The notes under the pieces are model-generated. The model was not told the DNA's origin. It saw nothing but the letters and a program-made list of their open reading frames with translations, and made no database searches. Made by a program: the position numbers and the translations under genes. A stretch of DNA of 63,985 nt, filler included, from Octopus bimaculoides (lineage: Eukaryota), in assembly GCF_001194135.2 (NCBI RefSeq). It is 9 parts of 8 records of this genome, joined end to end, with 100 filler letters (N's around TTAATTAATTAA, not from the genome) between each part and the next. Parts side by side here need not be neighbours in the genome. Positions count along the whole stretch, not along the records: positions 46,236 to 62,784 come from NC_068995.1; positions 62,885 to 63,985 come from NW_026391138.1; 7 more parts are not named here. The stretch is one strand, 5' to 3'. This document shows, piece by piece, positions 49,688 through 62,952 of this stretch; the first letter of the stretch is position 1; each line of letters opens with the position of its first letter.

Positions 49688-50926
49688 AATACGGAGAAAA
49701 CAAGGAGAAAANNNNNNNNNNNNNNNNNNNNNNNNNNNNNNNNNNNNNNNNNNNNNNNNNNNNNNNNNNNNNNNNNNNNNNNNNNNNNNNNNNNNNNNNN
49801 NNNNNNNNNNNNNNNNNNNNNNNNNNNNNNNNNNNNNNNNNNNNNNNNNNNNNNNNNNNNNNNNNNNNNNNNNNNNNNNNNNNNNNNNNNNNNNNNNNNN
49901 NNNNNNNNNNNNNNNNNNNNNNNNNNNNNNNNNNNNNNNNNNNNNNNNNNNNNNNNNNNNNNNNNNNNNNNNNNNNNNNNNNNNNNNNNNNNNNNNNNNN
50001 NNNNNNNNNNNNNNNNNNNNNNNNNNNNNNNNNNNNNNNNNNNNNNNNNNNNNNNNNNNNNNNNNNNNNNNNNNNNNNNNNNNNNNNNNNNNNNNNNNNN
50101 NNNNNNNNNNNNNNNNNNNNNNNNNNNNNNNNNNNNNNNNNNNNNNNNNNNNNNNNNNNNNNNNNNNNNNNNNNNNNNNNNNNNNNNNNNNNNNNNNNNN
50201 NNNNNNNNNNNNNNNNNNNNNNNNNNNNNNNNNNNNNNNNNNNNNNNNNNNNNNNNNNNNNNNNNNNNNNNNNNNNNNNNNNNNNNNNNNNNNNNNNNNN
50301 NNNNNNNNNNNNNNNNNNNNNNNNNNNNNNNNNNNGGGTTGACGATGAAGGGGAGGGGGTGGCGATGAAGGGGGAAGGGGAAGGTGTATATAAGAGAGGG
50401 GGAAGGTGGGTATGGTAGGAGGGAGAAAGAGAGGAAGAGAGTAAGAGATACACTACAGTCACGTTGAAGCATCGATTTAGACGTTTCAGTCTATCAAACT
50501 GACCACGTTGTTCATTTTTAGTCTGGTACATATTCTATCTACCTTTTGCCGTTAGGTACTGGTGCATGCTGGGTTGAAACGATCGTTGTGGCGCTGAATG
50601 AAGACTCTCGTGCATTCCATTTTCTACCTATCTTTTTTTTATACAAACTATACGGACACAAAGGAATTACTGAAGTAAATCTAGTGGCATATACCTCCAT
50701 ACGGTTGTTGACATCAGGTAGCAGAATACTGTGAACGAGCTTTAATCAACGTACTACAAGGTCTATACCTTAATATAAAATTAATAATATATATGTAAAT
50801 ACATGTATGTGTGTGTATACATACATACACACAACTATACTTTATGTGTATGTGCGAATATGTATGTGCGCGAGTGTGTGTGTGTATGTGCACGTGAGTG
50901 TGCATATATATTTATATATTACACAT

Positions 50927-50979
<53 letters not shown>

Positions 50980-51404
50980 CGGACATATATATATCTCTGT
51001 GTGTGTGTTGTGTGTGTATATATGTAAAAATGTATAAACAAACGACGTAACGTATACTGAATGTAAAAACGTGCGCGAGACAAACAGAAAGTCCATATAT
51101 ATATATATATATATANNNNNNNNNNNNNNNNNNNNNNNNNNNNNNNNNNNNNNNNNNNNNNNNNNNNNNNNNNNNNNNNNNNNNNNNNNNNNNNNNNNNN
51201 NNNNNNNNNNNNNNNNNNNNNNNNNNNNNNNNNNNNNNNNNNNNNNNNNNNNNNNNNNNNNNNNNNNNNNNNNNNNNNNNNNNNNNNNNNNNNNNNNNNN
51301 NNNNNNNNNNNNNNNNNNNNNNNNNNNNNNNNNNNNNNNNNNNNNNNNNNNNNNNNNNNNNNNNNNNNNNNNNNNNNNNNNNNNNNNNNNNNNNNNNNNN
51401 NNNN

Positions 51405-51463
<59 letters not shown>

Positions 51464-51799
51464 TGAACAAACGGAGAGAAGATTTATTCACATAAGAAAT
51501 AAACCGAAATCTGAAACGTCAGAGCTGTGAAAGCGAAATAAAGTAGAAAACGATATCAGTTAAAATTTAATCATTTTTGACTGAGGATTAGTGGAGAAGG
51601 AAAAAAATTTAACCTGATCTATCCGTTATGTATCTGAGGGAGTAACCAAGAATAAGAAGCCTCTCTAGACACAATAGGATAGGTACGGTTCACTTAGCAT
51701 CTTCGAGGCTTGGATATGCTGACATAGCCTCCTCCTATGCTTTTTCTAGCCTCCTCCGAATTTCAGGTCCCTATATTCTCTGTTAAAAATTTTGCTTGA

Positions 51800-52400
51800 G
51801 AGTAGCGTCAGCCAGTCCGCACAAAAATGGTTAGAACGACCTCAGAACCTGAGCAGCATAACTCCGTGTTAGCAGAAAACATTCAAATTTTCCATCAGCT
51901 GACTGAAGGAGACGCTGCAATACACAAAGTCTTGTGTGATAAAAACACAGATATCGAGGTTAGGACAGGATGAAAGGAAAGAGTAGCAGAGGGCTTGAAT
52001 GTGGCAGAATCGCAATTAAGGCACAGGATAATGGGAGGAGTCGTATTCCACAAAAGGACCAGTCTGAGTAGCAGCACGACACCTCGCTCAACACCTCACC
52101 ACGATAAAACTCAGAAGAAGCGCGGGAAATTGCTCATCCAGAAAGAGGTGCGAGCGTTGCTCAAGGCGGGCGAACCAGCAGTATAGTTAGAATGCAACAG
52201 CAGGGAACCTAGTTATCATGGAAGCACACAACGGAGAGCAACATTTCTCGGCCTGAGTTTGGAATAAATTCAGTGTGTTTTATCGAGTCTTCCCAACTTG
52301 CTCCACTGAGAGAAGGCCCAAGTTGAGTGACTCTAGAGCACACCCACATCAACTGCCAAAGCAACATCGCTAAGGCTTGGTTTTCCATGCCAGTCTTTTG
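51800..52400 (+). mobile_element. Decayed Hero/NeSL (R2-group) LINE fragment
   Basis: AQKWLERPQNLSSI..., RTG*KERVAEGLNVAESQLRHRIMG..., LLIQKEVR, MQQQG resemble the Hero-clade post-RT region (RRWLGLPRSLSS; RTGRKW...AESRLRH; QQGAW), from recall. Confidence 0.6.
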
Positions 52401-52725
52401 ACAGAACCTAGGACGTGCTGGGCATCACAGGGGCTAGTAGGAGAAAGACATCTAATTAGCCAAAAGAGAACACAAAACAAGATTTCAGAAATACCGGTTA
52501 GTAGAAGGTACGTAATTTTTTAAGATCTCGAAACACCAGTCATCGAAAGTAACATTATTGATGATATAATCCAGGTGCAGTGTAAAATGATGTAGATGTA
52601 TATATATTGTATCAAAATTTCATGCATTTATTTGTAATGTGAAGGAAGTTATTAAAAATTGAAACCCCTCAGTAATTTTTGGGACAACCTGTATGTATAT
52701 ATATATATATATATATGAGTGTGTA

Positions 52726-52809
<84 letters not shown>

Positions 52810-52817
52810 CATACATA

Positions 52818-53512
52818 CAGGGGTTGGACAAAATAATGGAGACACCTAGCTACATCGCATCATAATTTTGAATTATCTATAAAATCGTCAAAAGCTTGTT
52901 TTTTTATGTTTTTTGATTTATTATTAGTGTTGTTTAATATGTCTTGCTAAAATTGCTGTTTCTTTTAAGATATCATCAGAAAAAGGTAATTAAAATTTAT
53001 TAAAATAACAGATCTATCGGACTTTCAAAGAGGTCAAATTGCTGGTACTCGTATGGCAGGCGCTAGCGTAACGAAAACAGCTGAAATGTTTGGTGTATCA
53101 AGAAGTACTGTCCGAAAGTAATGACAGCTTTTGAGAAAGAGGGAAAAACCTCCTCGTCAAAACAAAACTTTCAGATAGGAATCGTCGGACACTTACGCGA
53201 ATTGTTGTAAAGGATCACAAAAGTGCAGCTCCCAAGATTACTACAGAGTTTAATGACCACCTCGAGAATCCAGTTTCCACAAAAACTGTTCGTCTGGAGC
53301 TGCACAAAGCCGGATTTCACAGGTGGGCTGCAATCAGAAACAAACTACTTTCAAAAACAAACGTTGCAAAGCGTTTAGAGCGGAGTAAAACCCTACAGAA
53401 TTGGTTCCCATAGCAGTGGAAGAATGTTATTTTCTTGGACGAGTCATCCTTTACCTTATTTCCGACCACCGGCCGAGTATACGTGTGGAGACAGTCAAAA
53501 GAAGCATTTGAC
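52818..53512 (+). mobile_element. 3'-truncated Tc1 transposon (different family from 27791)
   Basis: TA|CAGGG..TTGGACAAAATAATGG terminus. DLSDFQRGQI...GASVTKTAEMFGVSRSTV...KTVRLELHKAGF...WKNVIFLDESSFTLFPTTGRVYVWR, cut after the first catalytic D. Confidence 0.9.
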
Positions 53513-53704
53513 ACAGACTATACAAGGAAAATCTACATCTATCTTTACTTTGCATGCTTTACGAATTTATCACCTGTCCGTCGAGACAAGGCATTATACA
53601 AAGTAGCGGTGAATAAATATTTCTTTAAAACTTCGATCGCTGTTCTTCTTCCATCTGGTAAGCAACACCGTAACAACAACCGTTACAAGTTGGTAACCCT
53701 CGAC
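53513..53704 (+). mobile_element. Possible LTR 3' end plus degenerate primer-binding site
   Basis: AATAAA near 53611, ...GTTACA end at 53687, 3-nt spacer, then TGGTAACCCTCGAC, similar to the tRNA-Trp PBS TGGTGACCCCGAC. Confidence 0.4.
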
Positions 53705-54380
53705 TGCAACGAAGAACTAACCGTTACACACACACACATATATATATATATATATCCGCCTCTCGTTCTTCCTTTTGTTGTTCTTCGCCTCTCCCTTTCA
53801 CTAATATATCTCTCTCTTCCTCCCTGTCTCTCGTTGCTCACCTATATTCTACTTCCTCCCCTTTTTCTCCCTCTACCACCCTTTCTCCCTACCCCTCGCT
53901 AGTCACATGTGTCCAGCTACTAATTCTTCTCATATCTTGGCCTCGCCAAGCACGCACACGAACATTCTTCGTCCCGTTTCCTTCCAGTTCGTTGCTTCAC
54001 AGCGTTCAATATACACATATTTGTTCACCTTTGGCCGTTTGGCCTTTTTTGTTTATTTTCACTGTTTCGTTTTCCTGTATTGTTCTCTGTCCGCCACTAC
54101 ATTCCTCAATGGTACAAATTTAATTTGTGGTCCGTGGGAAGAGCCATTCTAACGATGCGTTCTGCCCTAACACTTCGAAACGCTTAGTTTTAGAATGGTG
54201 GCAGCAGATGAAGGAAATGTTCTCTATGTGGCCTGTGTGTTTTCTGTACTCTGTTTATGTTTATCATTTTGTGCACGTGTTTTTGCAACGTCCTGTACCC
54301 AGATATGCATCTATATATACATGTAGATGTAGGTATGTACATACATGCACGTATATATGCATATAGTCATTTATTATTTG

Positions 54381-54433
<53 letters not shown>

Positions 54434-55351
54434 TATGTATATTCATACAATATATATATATATTTATATATATANNNNNNNNNNNNNNNNNNNNNNNNNN
54501 NNNNNNNNNNNNNNNNNNNNNNNNNNNNNNNNNNNNNNNNNTATATATACATATATATAGAAACAGAAGGAGAGAGAGGGGAGAGTGAAGGAGGGTGGTA
54601 GTGAGAAGGAGCGAGAGAAAGGAATGGTGAAAGAGGATGGTAGGAGAGAAGGGTGAGAGAGAGGGAGGGCGTGGTAGAGCTAGAAAGCCATGAGATCTAT
54701 TTATAGATCTGTACATCTCTTCCGCCAACAAATTCCAATATATACCACATAGCGACCCAATTTCCTGTAGAATTTCAGATAGTGTTAAATGAAGCACAAC
54801 ATTGCAATTTAAGATAATAAATCTGACAAGTACACAAACAATAAATAATTCTGCGTTCAGGAAGGGGCGAAAAATAGCCGTTTCAACGAAATTTCCAGAA
54901 TGATGTAGTGAAGAAGAAAAAAAAATGTGCTGCTACATAAATCATAAACAAAGTTAAATCACTATCTTGTGTCGATATCCACTGACAAAAATGTTTATTC
55001 AAACATCTCTAACTTGAAGGAAATGGCTAAATAATGGATGAAGTAAGAAGCAAATAAACATTTTGAAAAGGCTGGCACCAATCAACACATTAATAAAAGA
55101 CATCCTACATATTATTATTTAAAACTAAAGTAAGAATAATCTTCAGCTGGTACAAACATAACGATGTCGCTACGTTTGTCTTGAAAAGATGTTGTTCTGT
55201 ATTTGATCACAGTACGTAAGTTACATCTTCAATATCTTATAGCTTCGGGTTGACCAATAGCTAGAAAATGGAACTTGTTAGGTGGAGTTCCGCGTTTCCG
55301 CTGTACAGGCAACTCTGTGTGTACCTCTCCTCCCTATGGATTACTCTGGAC

Positions 55352-55383
<32 letters not shown>

Positions 55384-55499
55384 ATATAGAACACAAAGTT
55401 ATTTTATTCCTCACGGGGAGAAATATAGGAAAACTAGAAGTTGAAAATGCACTGAGAATAGTTAAAATATTTTTTATTAATATACTTGAAGCTTTAACC

Positions 55500-56730
55500 A
55501 GTTTCACAGTTTACACTTATTTTCAAAAAGTTCAACTAGAAAGACGTGGCTTATGTCGCAGCTGTCTTGCTTCTGACTAGTGTTTGAAGTTTGTCCTGTT
55601 TTTATAGGGAGTTTATCACTCAAATTAGTATGTTTTGAGTAGGATTTGATTGGTAAAGGATAGTCACAATACTGGCCTTAGAAATTTCTGTAGATTATAA
55701 TCAAGGCACTCCAAATTTAATCTGTCTGGTGGGAGAATGGACAGAAGTCGTTTGTATGTAGTCCAATGGCTAAAATTTAGGTCGTTAGCTGTGTAGCTTC
55801 CTCATGATAAGTGGTAGAATGAATTTTGCGTGTGAATAGTTATTTGAGTATAGTTATTGTGTATGTTAAAGTTTGTTAAGTCTTGGTTTGTATTTTTCTA
55901 TGAAGGTATTTTCTTTGTTTATCCGTTCTTCATCTGTGGTATTCGTTGAACACAGGTAGAGTGGGAAGACCTGGAATTTGGGAGACTTACTTTTTGCATA
56001 TATGTCTATGTGACCACTTAGTGTAATCTGTCTAGTACTGGGGTCTCGTATTTGTGGTCAGTCTATTTCTTAGAGTAAGCATTGTTTGACCTATGTAATC
56101 TTCATTACATCCTTGACATTTGACAGCGTATATTGAATTCCTTGTACACATAAAATGATTTTTTACGGTAAAAGTCTGTCCTTATTTGAATTTGTATGTT
56201 GTGTCTTCAATAAGGTTGACGCAGTTCCTGAACTTGGGGCGGTTACATTTTTTGACTGTTCGTGTAGGAATTGTGGAAGGTAATTTAGCACTTGTGAAGA
56301 ATTTTTTGACTATTTTGTGTATTTCAAACGCTTGTTTCATTCTTGGGTCTTGTTTCATTAGTGGGATGTTCTGGTTGATAATATTGTAAACCTCTGTGTT
56401 TCTTGGTTGTGAGTTGTAATAAAGGGTAGATTATTGGATGCATCTGGAGAGTTTTTTTGTTTTTCGTAGTTCTTCGATATTTATTGCTTTGGCACGTTCT
56501 ATTCCGTTGTCTATTAGCATTAATGGATATTGTCTATTAAGTAGAACTTGTTTTAGTTCTTGGAGTCTTTTATTGCGAGTTTCAAAGTTTGAGACAATTG
56601 TGCAGATTCTTCTTGCTAGATTAAAGGGTATATAATTCTTCGTGTGTTTGGGATGGCATGTGGAGAATAGTATGTATTATTTAAAATCTGTTTGTTTGTA
56701 GTGAATATCTGTATCAATTATTTTATCTCT
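55500..56730 (-). mobile_element. Penelope-like element: RT C-terminus, linker, GIY-YIG and 3' repeat
   Basis: CHPKHTKNYIPFNLARRICTIVS...LLNRQYP...LPFITTH...KKCNRPK...NSIYAVKCQGCNEDYIGQT...KENTFIEKYKPRLN*, with frameshifts. Confidence 0.9.
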
Positions 56731-56943
56731 CATACAGCACAAAGTTTTGCCAGTGAACAGGTCGCAGTTTCAAAGCGACGAAAATATTTTGACCCAAATT
56801 AAATGTAAATTTTGAAGTGAAACTAACGGTTTTTTGTGTGTTCTTAAATGGCTTATAAACATCTCTCACGCTGCAATTGTTTTTGTTTCAGCACACGATC
56901 TCAGATCAAGTCATTTGCTATGCAATTACATCACCGTAACACC

Positions 56944-57020
<77 letters not shown>

Positions 57021-57039
57021 TTGTATCTTTAATACTTAT

Positions 57040-58090
57040 TCCAGTAGTTTTCAAGGTTTGTTGTGTGGGTGCTGAGAAGTGTGTGCGGAGTGAAAAAGTG
57101 TTGTAGGTGTGTGTGTAATGGTTGTAAAGTGAGTGATGAGTTGAACAGTGTGTATGGGTGTGTGTATAGTGGTGCATGTGGGTGAGGGTACCGAGTTGGC
57201 CGGTATGCAGGTGTGTAGGTGGAGAATGTTGGAGGTGAGTGGGAATACGTGTGGGATTGATATCAAATAAAGAGAGGAGGTTAGGTTGGTATCAGATGAA
57301 GAGAGGAGATGAGTTGAGCCCATATGACACAAAGGAACAAAGAGAGAAGATTAATTCCTGTTCACGGCGAAGGCGGGACCCTGTGGAGAGACAGTTCGAA
57401 CACAGACAGATGTAGCAAATGACAGGTAGAGCGGAAATGACGTGAAACCGGGGTGTCATTGCTGAGTCTTTTGTCCTGGAGGTGCTCCGTGAACCGACTA
57501 GTATGTCGGCGTCCCGTTTGGCCAATGTACAGGGAAGGATAGAGAGTAGATGCAATAAATGACATTACTAGAGGTGCGGGTAAAGGAGTCGGTGACATGA
57601 TAAGGACGGTGATAGGTGCTTGTGAGGATGGTGGTGTTGGAAAGGTTAGGGCAGTTGCGACAGCGTGGTTGGGAGCAGGGGAAGGAGCCAGGCTGGGAAG
57701 CGGGGTTAAGGAAGAAACTGTTGGCCAGGAGGTCACGCAGGTTATAAGCTCATTTGAAAGAGGGAAGGTGTAGGTTAGGGAAGAAGTGCTTGGTGGAGGG
57801 GTCGGGCTGCTGTCACCGGAAGGCTCGGAGAACGATGCGTTGGAAGGGTAGAGTGGCGGAGTGGTAGGTGAGGGTAATCGTGAGACGGGTAAAGGTGGGT
57901 CGGGTACGAGTAAAAAGAAAAGAGACATGATCCATAGATCGTGCCCGGCCAAGGGCAGTGTGGATAATGGTGAGGGAATATCCACGTTGGATGAAGTGGC
58001 GAGCCATGTGTTGAGACTGAGTCTCAAAGTCATGGTCGTCACTGCAGAACCTGCGTACACGAAGGAATTGGAGTTGTGGGATGGAGAGCT
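57040..58090 (-). mobile_element. Second, distinct Penelope-like element fragment with GIY-YIG
   Basis: MARHFIQRGYS...ITLTYHSATLP...LYIGQTGRRHTSRFTEHL...PVSRHF. The coding strand is C-rich. Confidence 0.85.
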
Positions 58091-58237
58091 TGGTGTGGGT
58101 AGGGTGGGAGGAGTTAAAGTATAATATCTATGTATATATATAAACATACATGGTCTTTAACTGGGCTTCTAATTAAAACTAACTCTAGATTTAGTATCGA
58201 GTTACCTCATCAGTAAATATGTTGTTTAAAATACCTC

Positions 58238-58269
<32 letters not shown>

Positions 58270-59206
58270 GGTCTTGTGTGTCCATTGCTGTGCTTTCATT
58301 TACATCGGTCAAATAGCTGGGGTTTTTCATGCCTATCTTTATCAGCAACTTAATTATTCGATAAAAGGAGATCAATAAAAGTAAGAAGTGATGTCGATAT
58401 AATTGATTAAAATATGTGATGGTTGTGGCCAAGGATGGCCAATAAGACATCAAAAGCATTATACTAGGGATCAAAATGGAAGTCTTATTTGAGAGAGTAT
58501 TCGCTTGATTCGATAGAAAAAGCAGCAAAATTCTCCTCAAATCATTCCTGGCGTCTTAAATACGAAAATACATTGTATAATGTAGTATTAGGTATGGAAA
58601 TGCTGCCGCCGGAGCAGCTTTGATTTTTGGTATACTTGATCAACGGAACTTTAGGCTACATTACAACACCTTCATACCATCACCACCAGTGGCACCAACA
58701 CAAAGCCAAAGAAACTTCCTCCAAAACACCAAACTTACGCAGAAATCCCATGATGCACCGGGCTTTTACAATTACAGTAGCAACACCTGCAATAATTAAT
58801 AATTCAATGATCAATTAATCATTGATTCTATAAAAGACCCTCGTATCTACAACATGTGGATTTATTTCCAAATTTTGCTGAGGCAATTATTAACTTTGGC
58901 ATAGACACTACAAAGTCAGTCAGAAAAGCACACATACTTTCACACTCGCACAACGCGCGCAGACAAATAATTTTTGCAATCTTCCACATGCCTTAAGGCT
59001 TTGCAAAAATAGTGTTGATCAAACAATTAGCTAGATTAAATATAAAATTCAACAATAACAAAGCAGGACTCTAAGAAAAAAGAGAAGATATTATAAATGG
59101 AAGAATCAGAATTGAAGATGATGCTAAGTTCTGGCGTTAATTGTAATGACAAAAACAAACTGATTATACAACAACAACAACAGCAACAACGACGACGACG
59201 ACGACG

Positions 59207-59239
<33 letters not shown>

Positions 59240-59261
59240 CGAAAGCAGCAAAAAAATCACA

Positions 59262-60160
59262 TGCTATTGTCAAGGAAGCTTGCAAATTTGCAAAGGAATT
59301 TGGCATTAACCCTGAATTGGATGAAGAACCTGAAACTACTGCCACAAAACAAAACAGATCAAACAGATTGCGAAAAAAAGAGCAGGCAGAAACAAATTGA
59401 GGAGCGGTGGAGCCAGACGCCTCTACGTGGGCAGTATTTACTTCGAAGTTGAAACGCAACAACCCATCAGTGGCTGAGAAGCTCAAGACTGAAAGCAAAG
59501 GCTGAAGGTTTCATATTGGAGGCACAAGATCAAAACTTGCTTACTAAAAACTACTAGGCTAACGTTCTTCAAAACGGTTCTGACCCTAAATGCAGATTCT
59601 GTGACACACTTGATGAAACAATAGACCATCTCCTCTCGGGATGTCCTGTACTGACACCAAACAACTACAAAATCACCACAATAGGGTAGGACAATATTTT
59701 CGTTGGAAAATATGTAAACACTTCAAGATCAGCACTCCTGCTTACTGCTATGAACATCATCCTGAGCCAGTCGTTGGAGGTAAAGATGTCACTATCGTCT
59801 GGGATTTTCCATTCAACGTTGACAAGATCCAGGCTAATCGACCAGATGTAATTACTAAAAGCAGGGAAGAAAATACTTGTAGACTAATAGATGTAATTAT
59901 CCCCACTGATAGAAATATATCTGTAAAGGAATTTGAGAAGTTAAGTAAATATAAGGACCTGGAAATTGAAATAAAAAGATATGGCATCTTAAGGCAAGAA
60001 CTATTCCTGTTATTGTAGGAACCCTAGGCATAACAAAAAAGGGATGTCAGAAACATCTAGATAAGATCCCATGAGAATCATGACTCAAGTGAATCCAAAA
60101 GATTATGCTGACAAATACTGTCCACATCCTTAGAAAAAAAAACTATCCATTTAGATGTCT
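59262..60160 (+). mobile_element. R4/Dong-type LINE 3' portion (copy A)
   Basis: EGFILEAQDQNLLTKNY...KCRFCDTLDETIDHLLSGCPVL...IVWDF...NRPDV...LIDVIIPTDRNISVKEFEKLSKYKDLEIE (CCHC plus PD..D REL endonuclease). Confidence 0.9.
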
Positions 60161-60234
60161 GTGTTGTATTACATGAAAATATTTCGTTACTGCCCCTGCC
60201 ACTTCCCTTCCCCAAGCTTTCAGTCATACTGTAG

Positions 60235-60971
60235 AAAGGAAAGTTGAAGAGGGAGACAAAGGTTGTTAGTAGCTGCATAAGATCAAGCATTAACGACTAA
60301 TTGGATAAAAGCCAAGATAGACAAAAACCAAGTAGATTCCCCAAAAAGAGGAAAGCGTTACTCATATAGTAAGTGAATGGAGCATGCTGGCACAGAAAGA
60401 ATACAAGAAAAGACATGACAATCTAGGGAAAGTAATCCCCTGGCAGGTATGTAGAAAGCTAGGATTTGAACATACTGATAAATGGTATGAACGTGAACCT
60501 AGTAAAGTACTAGAAAGTAAGAAATACAAGATGTGGGAATGACAGAACATTCAGACTGACAGAGTAATAGAAGCTAGACGGCCTGATTTAGTTGTAGTAA
60601 ATAAAGAAAATAGAAAATGCCAAATAACAGAATTTGCAGTACCAAATGTTGAAAAAATCCGTATGAGATGTACAGAAAAAATATCAAAGTATAAGGGCCT
60701 AGCTATTGAATTACAGAGACTATGGAAAGTGCGGGTAAAATGTATCCCAGTAGTTATTTGTGCATTGGGAACTGTCCCTAAAGATTTGATGAGATGGATA
60801 AAGGAAATAGACATAAAACCCAGTTTAGTACAGCTGCAGAAAACAGTGTTATTAGGGACAGGTATGATACTTAAGAGAGTTCTTGGCATTTAAGGTTACT
60901 TACTGTAGCCCGATGTTAGGACTTTTTTCCAACAGTTTAATCTGTTGTGTGTATATGAAAATAATAATAAC

Positions 60972-61016
<45 letters not shown>

Positions 61017-61041
61017 TATTATTATTATTATTATTATTATT

Positions 61042-61073
<32 letters not shown>

Positions 61074-61085
61074 AATAATAATAAT
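60235..61085 (+). mobile_element. R4/Dong-type LINE 3' end (copy B) with (TAA)n tail
   Basis: DQALTTNWIKAKID...KRHDNLGK...RRPDLVVV...KYKGLAIELQRLW...IPVVICALG...LQKTVLLGTGMILKRVLGI*, then (TAA)n/(TAT)n/(GAT)n. Confidence 0.9.
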
Positions 61086-61089
61086 AGGG

Positions 61090-62520
61090 CAGTTTGATTT
61101 TCTTTGCTTGTGTTTTAGTTGGTGAATTTTTGTTCCTTTCTCTTTTAGATCTGGGGAATTGTTGCCATTTAGCCTCTTTTTCCTCCCCCTCCGCGCAGGG
61201 CATGTCTGAGTGTTCGGGGGAGTGAACATCTTGTGGGGCCTTTTGGTTGTGCTTTGTTGGTAAAGGTTGTTGTTGTTGTTTTGAGGGGTACTGATACTGT
61301 TATTTTTGTTACTGTTTGGTGTGTGGAAAGCATAGATGTTGGTGAGTTGTTTATTTTGTTTGCTGCTGTTTCTTCCGCTGTTGCTGCTGTTGTTCTTGTT
61401 ATTGTTGTTGCTGTTGCTGTTGTCGGTACTTCCGTGATTGGTGTTGCTGCTACTGTTGCTGTTGTTTTCACCGTTCCAGTGGCCACCTGCCTCTGCTGGT
61501 ACTGTTGCTGTGGTTGTTGTTGTGTTGGAGGTGTCTGCAGCAGAGCGGGTTTCTATTTTGATTGCCTAGGGCAGAAAGCCTTTAAGTGGTTTGTTTGACC
61601 ACAGATATGGAATCTGGGCTTTCTACTCTCTACCGCTACAAATAACTCTGAACCTCCAGAGAACTCGATGAGATCTGGAATCTCTTGTGCGGTTGTGAAA
61701 TCCGCATGCAATAAGATTTCCATACCAGTACCAATTTTCTTTTTCGAGTCCCCGTTTTCCAAGAATTTCACATCTCTCTTCTATACCGTACAACATGGCC
61801 GCTGCCAGTAAGGAGACGTCCATTTCTGGTGGCACCTCCGCTACTTTCCCTGTGACAACTCTTCGACCGAGCTACGTGGGAATCATATATAATTCCTCGG
61901 TCTTCAGGGTTGTCACGGCATTTACTTTGACCAGTTGTTCTGTTGAAGACTTCACCTCTATTATACCAAAGCTTTTACCACGTGTGATATACCACTTTAT
62001 GTTCCATACAGGTCTCAGGCACTTTTCGACCTGAGCCTGCGTAGCTCTTTCTATCTTGCGCGTTTTCAATGATATACATCTGTATATTTTTGTCCTCCTC
62101 CGTGTCTCTTCTTGTACCCCCTCTAGTGTATTCAGGTGGACTGTCCTGCCAGTTCTTGTTAGATGCATTTTTGCTCTAGCCAAGGCAGTTTCTGATAATT
62201 TCACCTTTTCCATTCTGCGGCACATTTCGGCAAATCCACTTTCTGCTTGTTTAGAAGAAACAAACGACGTTGTTGCTTTAATAATTTTTTCTCCTTCTTT
62301 GTTTGTGTTATCATGAGAGTTACGATGCCCCCTTGCGGGGGATAGACTGGTACGAGTAAAGTAACAATTCGAGTGAGTTCAGAGTTCGGTGTCGAATGAA
62401 GTTTGTGTTAGTTCGCAGTGCAGTCGGAAGGTGTAAGCTGGTTAGTTCACAAGGAATATTGATTGTTGGTTCATAAAGAGATTTGTTAGTTCGTTACATT
62501 GTTTTTACTATTGTCTGGTT
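61090..62520 (-). mobile_element. Diverged relative of the 23216 ORF1 element: disrupted gag-like ORF1, no ORF2 visible
   Basis: VEKCLRPVWNIKWYITRGKSFG...LYMIPT*LGRR...PEMDVSLLAAAML...ESRKPRFHICGQTNHLKAFCP aligns by eye with IEKALRPIWQDITYLARGSRYG...ILLPTYLGRR...DIDVVWVAAAVL...ESRTPRCYKCGQEGHIRADCP. Confidence 0.75.
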
Positions 62521-62884
62521 ATCTTATTTATTGCAGGTAACAAATTACGTTAGAACAGTTTGACGTGGTAGTGGTGGCAGTGACGATATCTGCAGGTGTT
62601 TCGCGTGAAAGAATTCTCTTTTCTTTCTCTTCACTTTCCTGTTTATTTTTGCTACTCTGGTTGGTCGTCGTGATGGCAGTGGCGGTAGTGGTGTCAGTGT
62701 TCTCCTCCGCCCTCTCTTTCATTCCTCCGTCAGTGTTCATGGTGTTGTTGGTGGTGGTGTTGGTGTTGCTGCTGCTGCTGCTATNNNNNNNNNNNNNNNN
62801 NNNNNNNNNNNNNNNNNNNNNNNNNNNNTTAATTAATTAANNNNNNNNNNNNNNNNNNNNNNNNNNNNNNNNNNNNNNNNNNNN

Positions 62885-62952
<68 letters not shown>

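Noticed and set aside
57362-58147. 261-aa Pro/Ser/Thr-rich ORF suggesting a mucin-like host gene
   Set aside because: It is a shifted reading of a C-rich Penelope-like element, and its end carries the GIY-YIG motif YIGQTGR.
58190-58215. CTGATGAG motif on - as a hammerhead (likewise GAAACAGCTGTA near 41400 and GAAACGTC near 50480)
   Set aside because: The second half or first half of the core is missing or mutated and the stems are incomplete. These are at most decayed relics.
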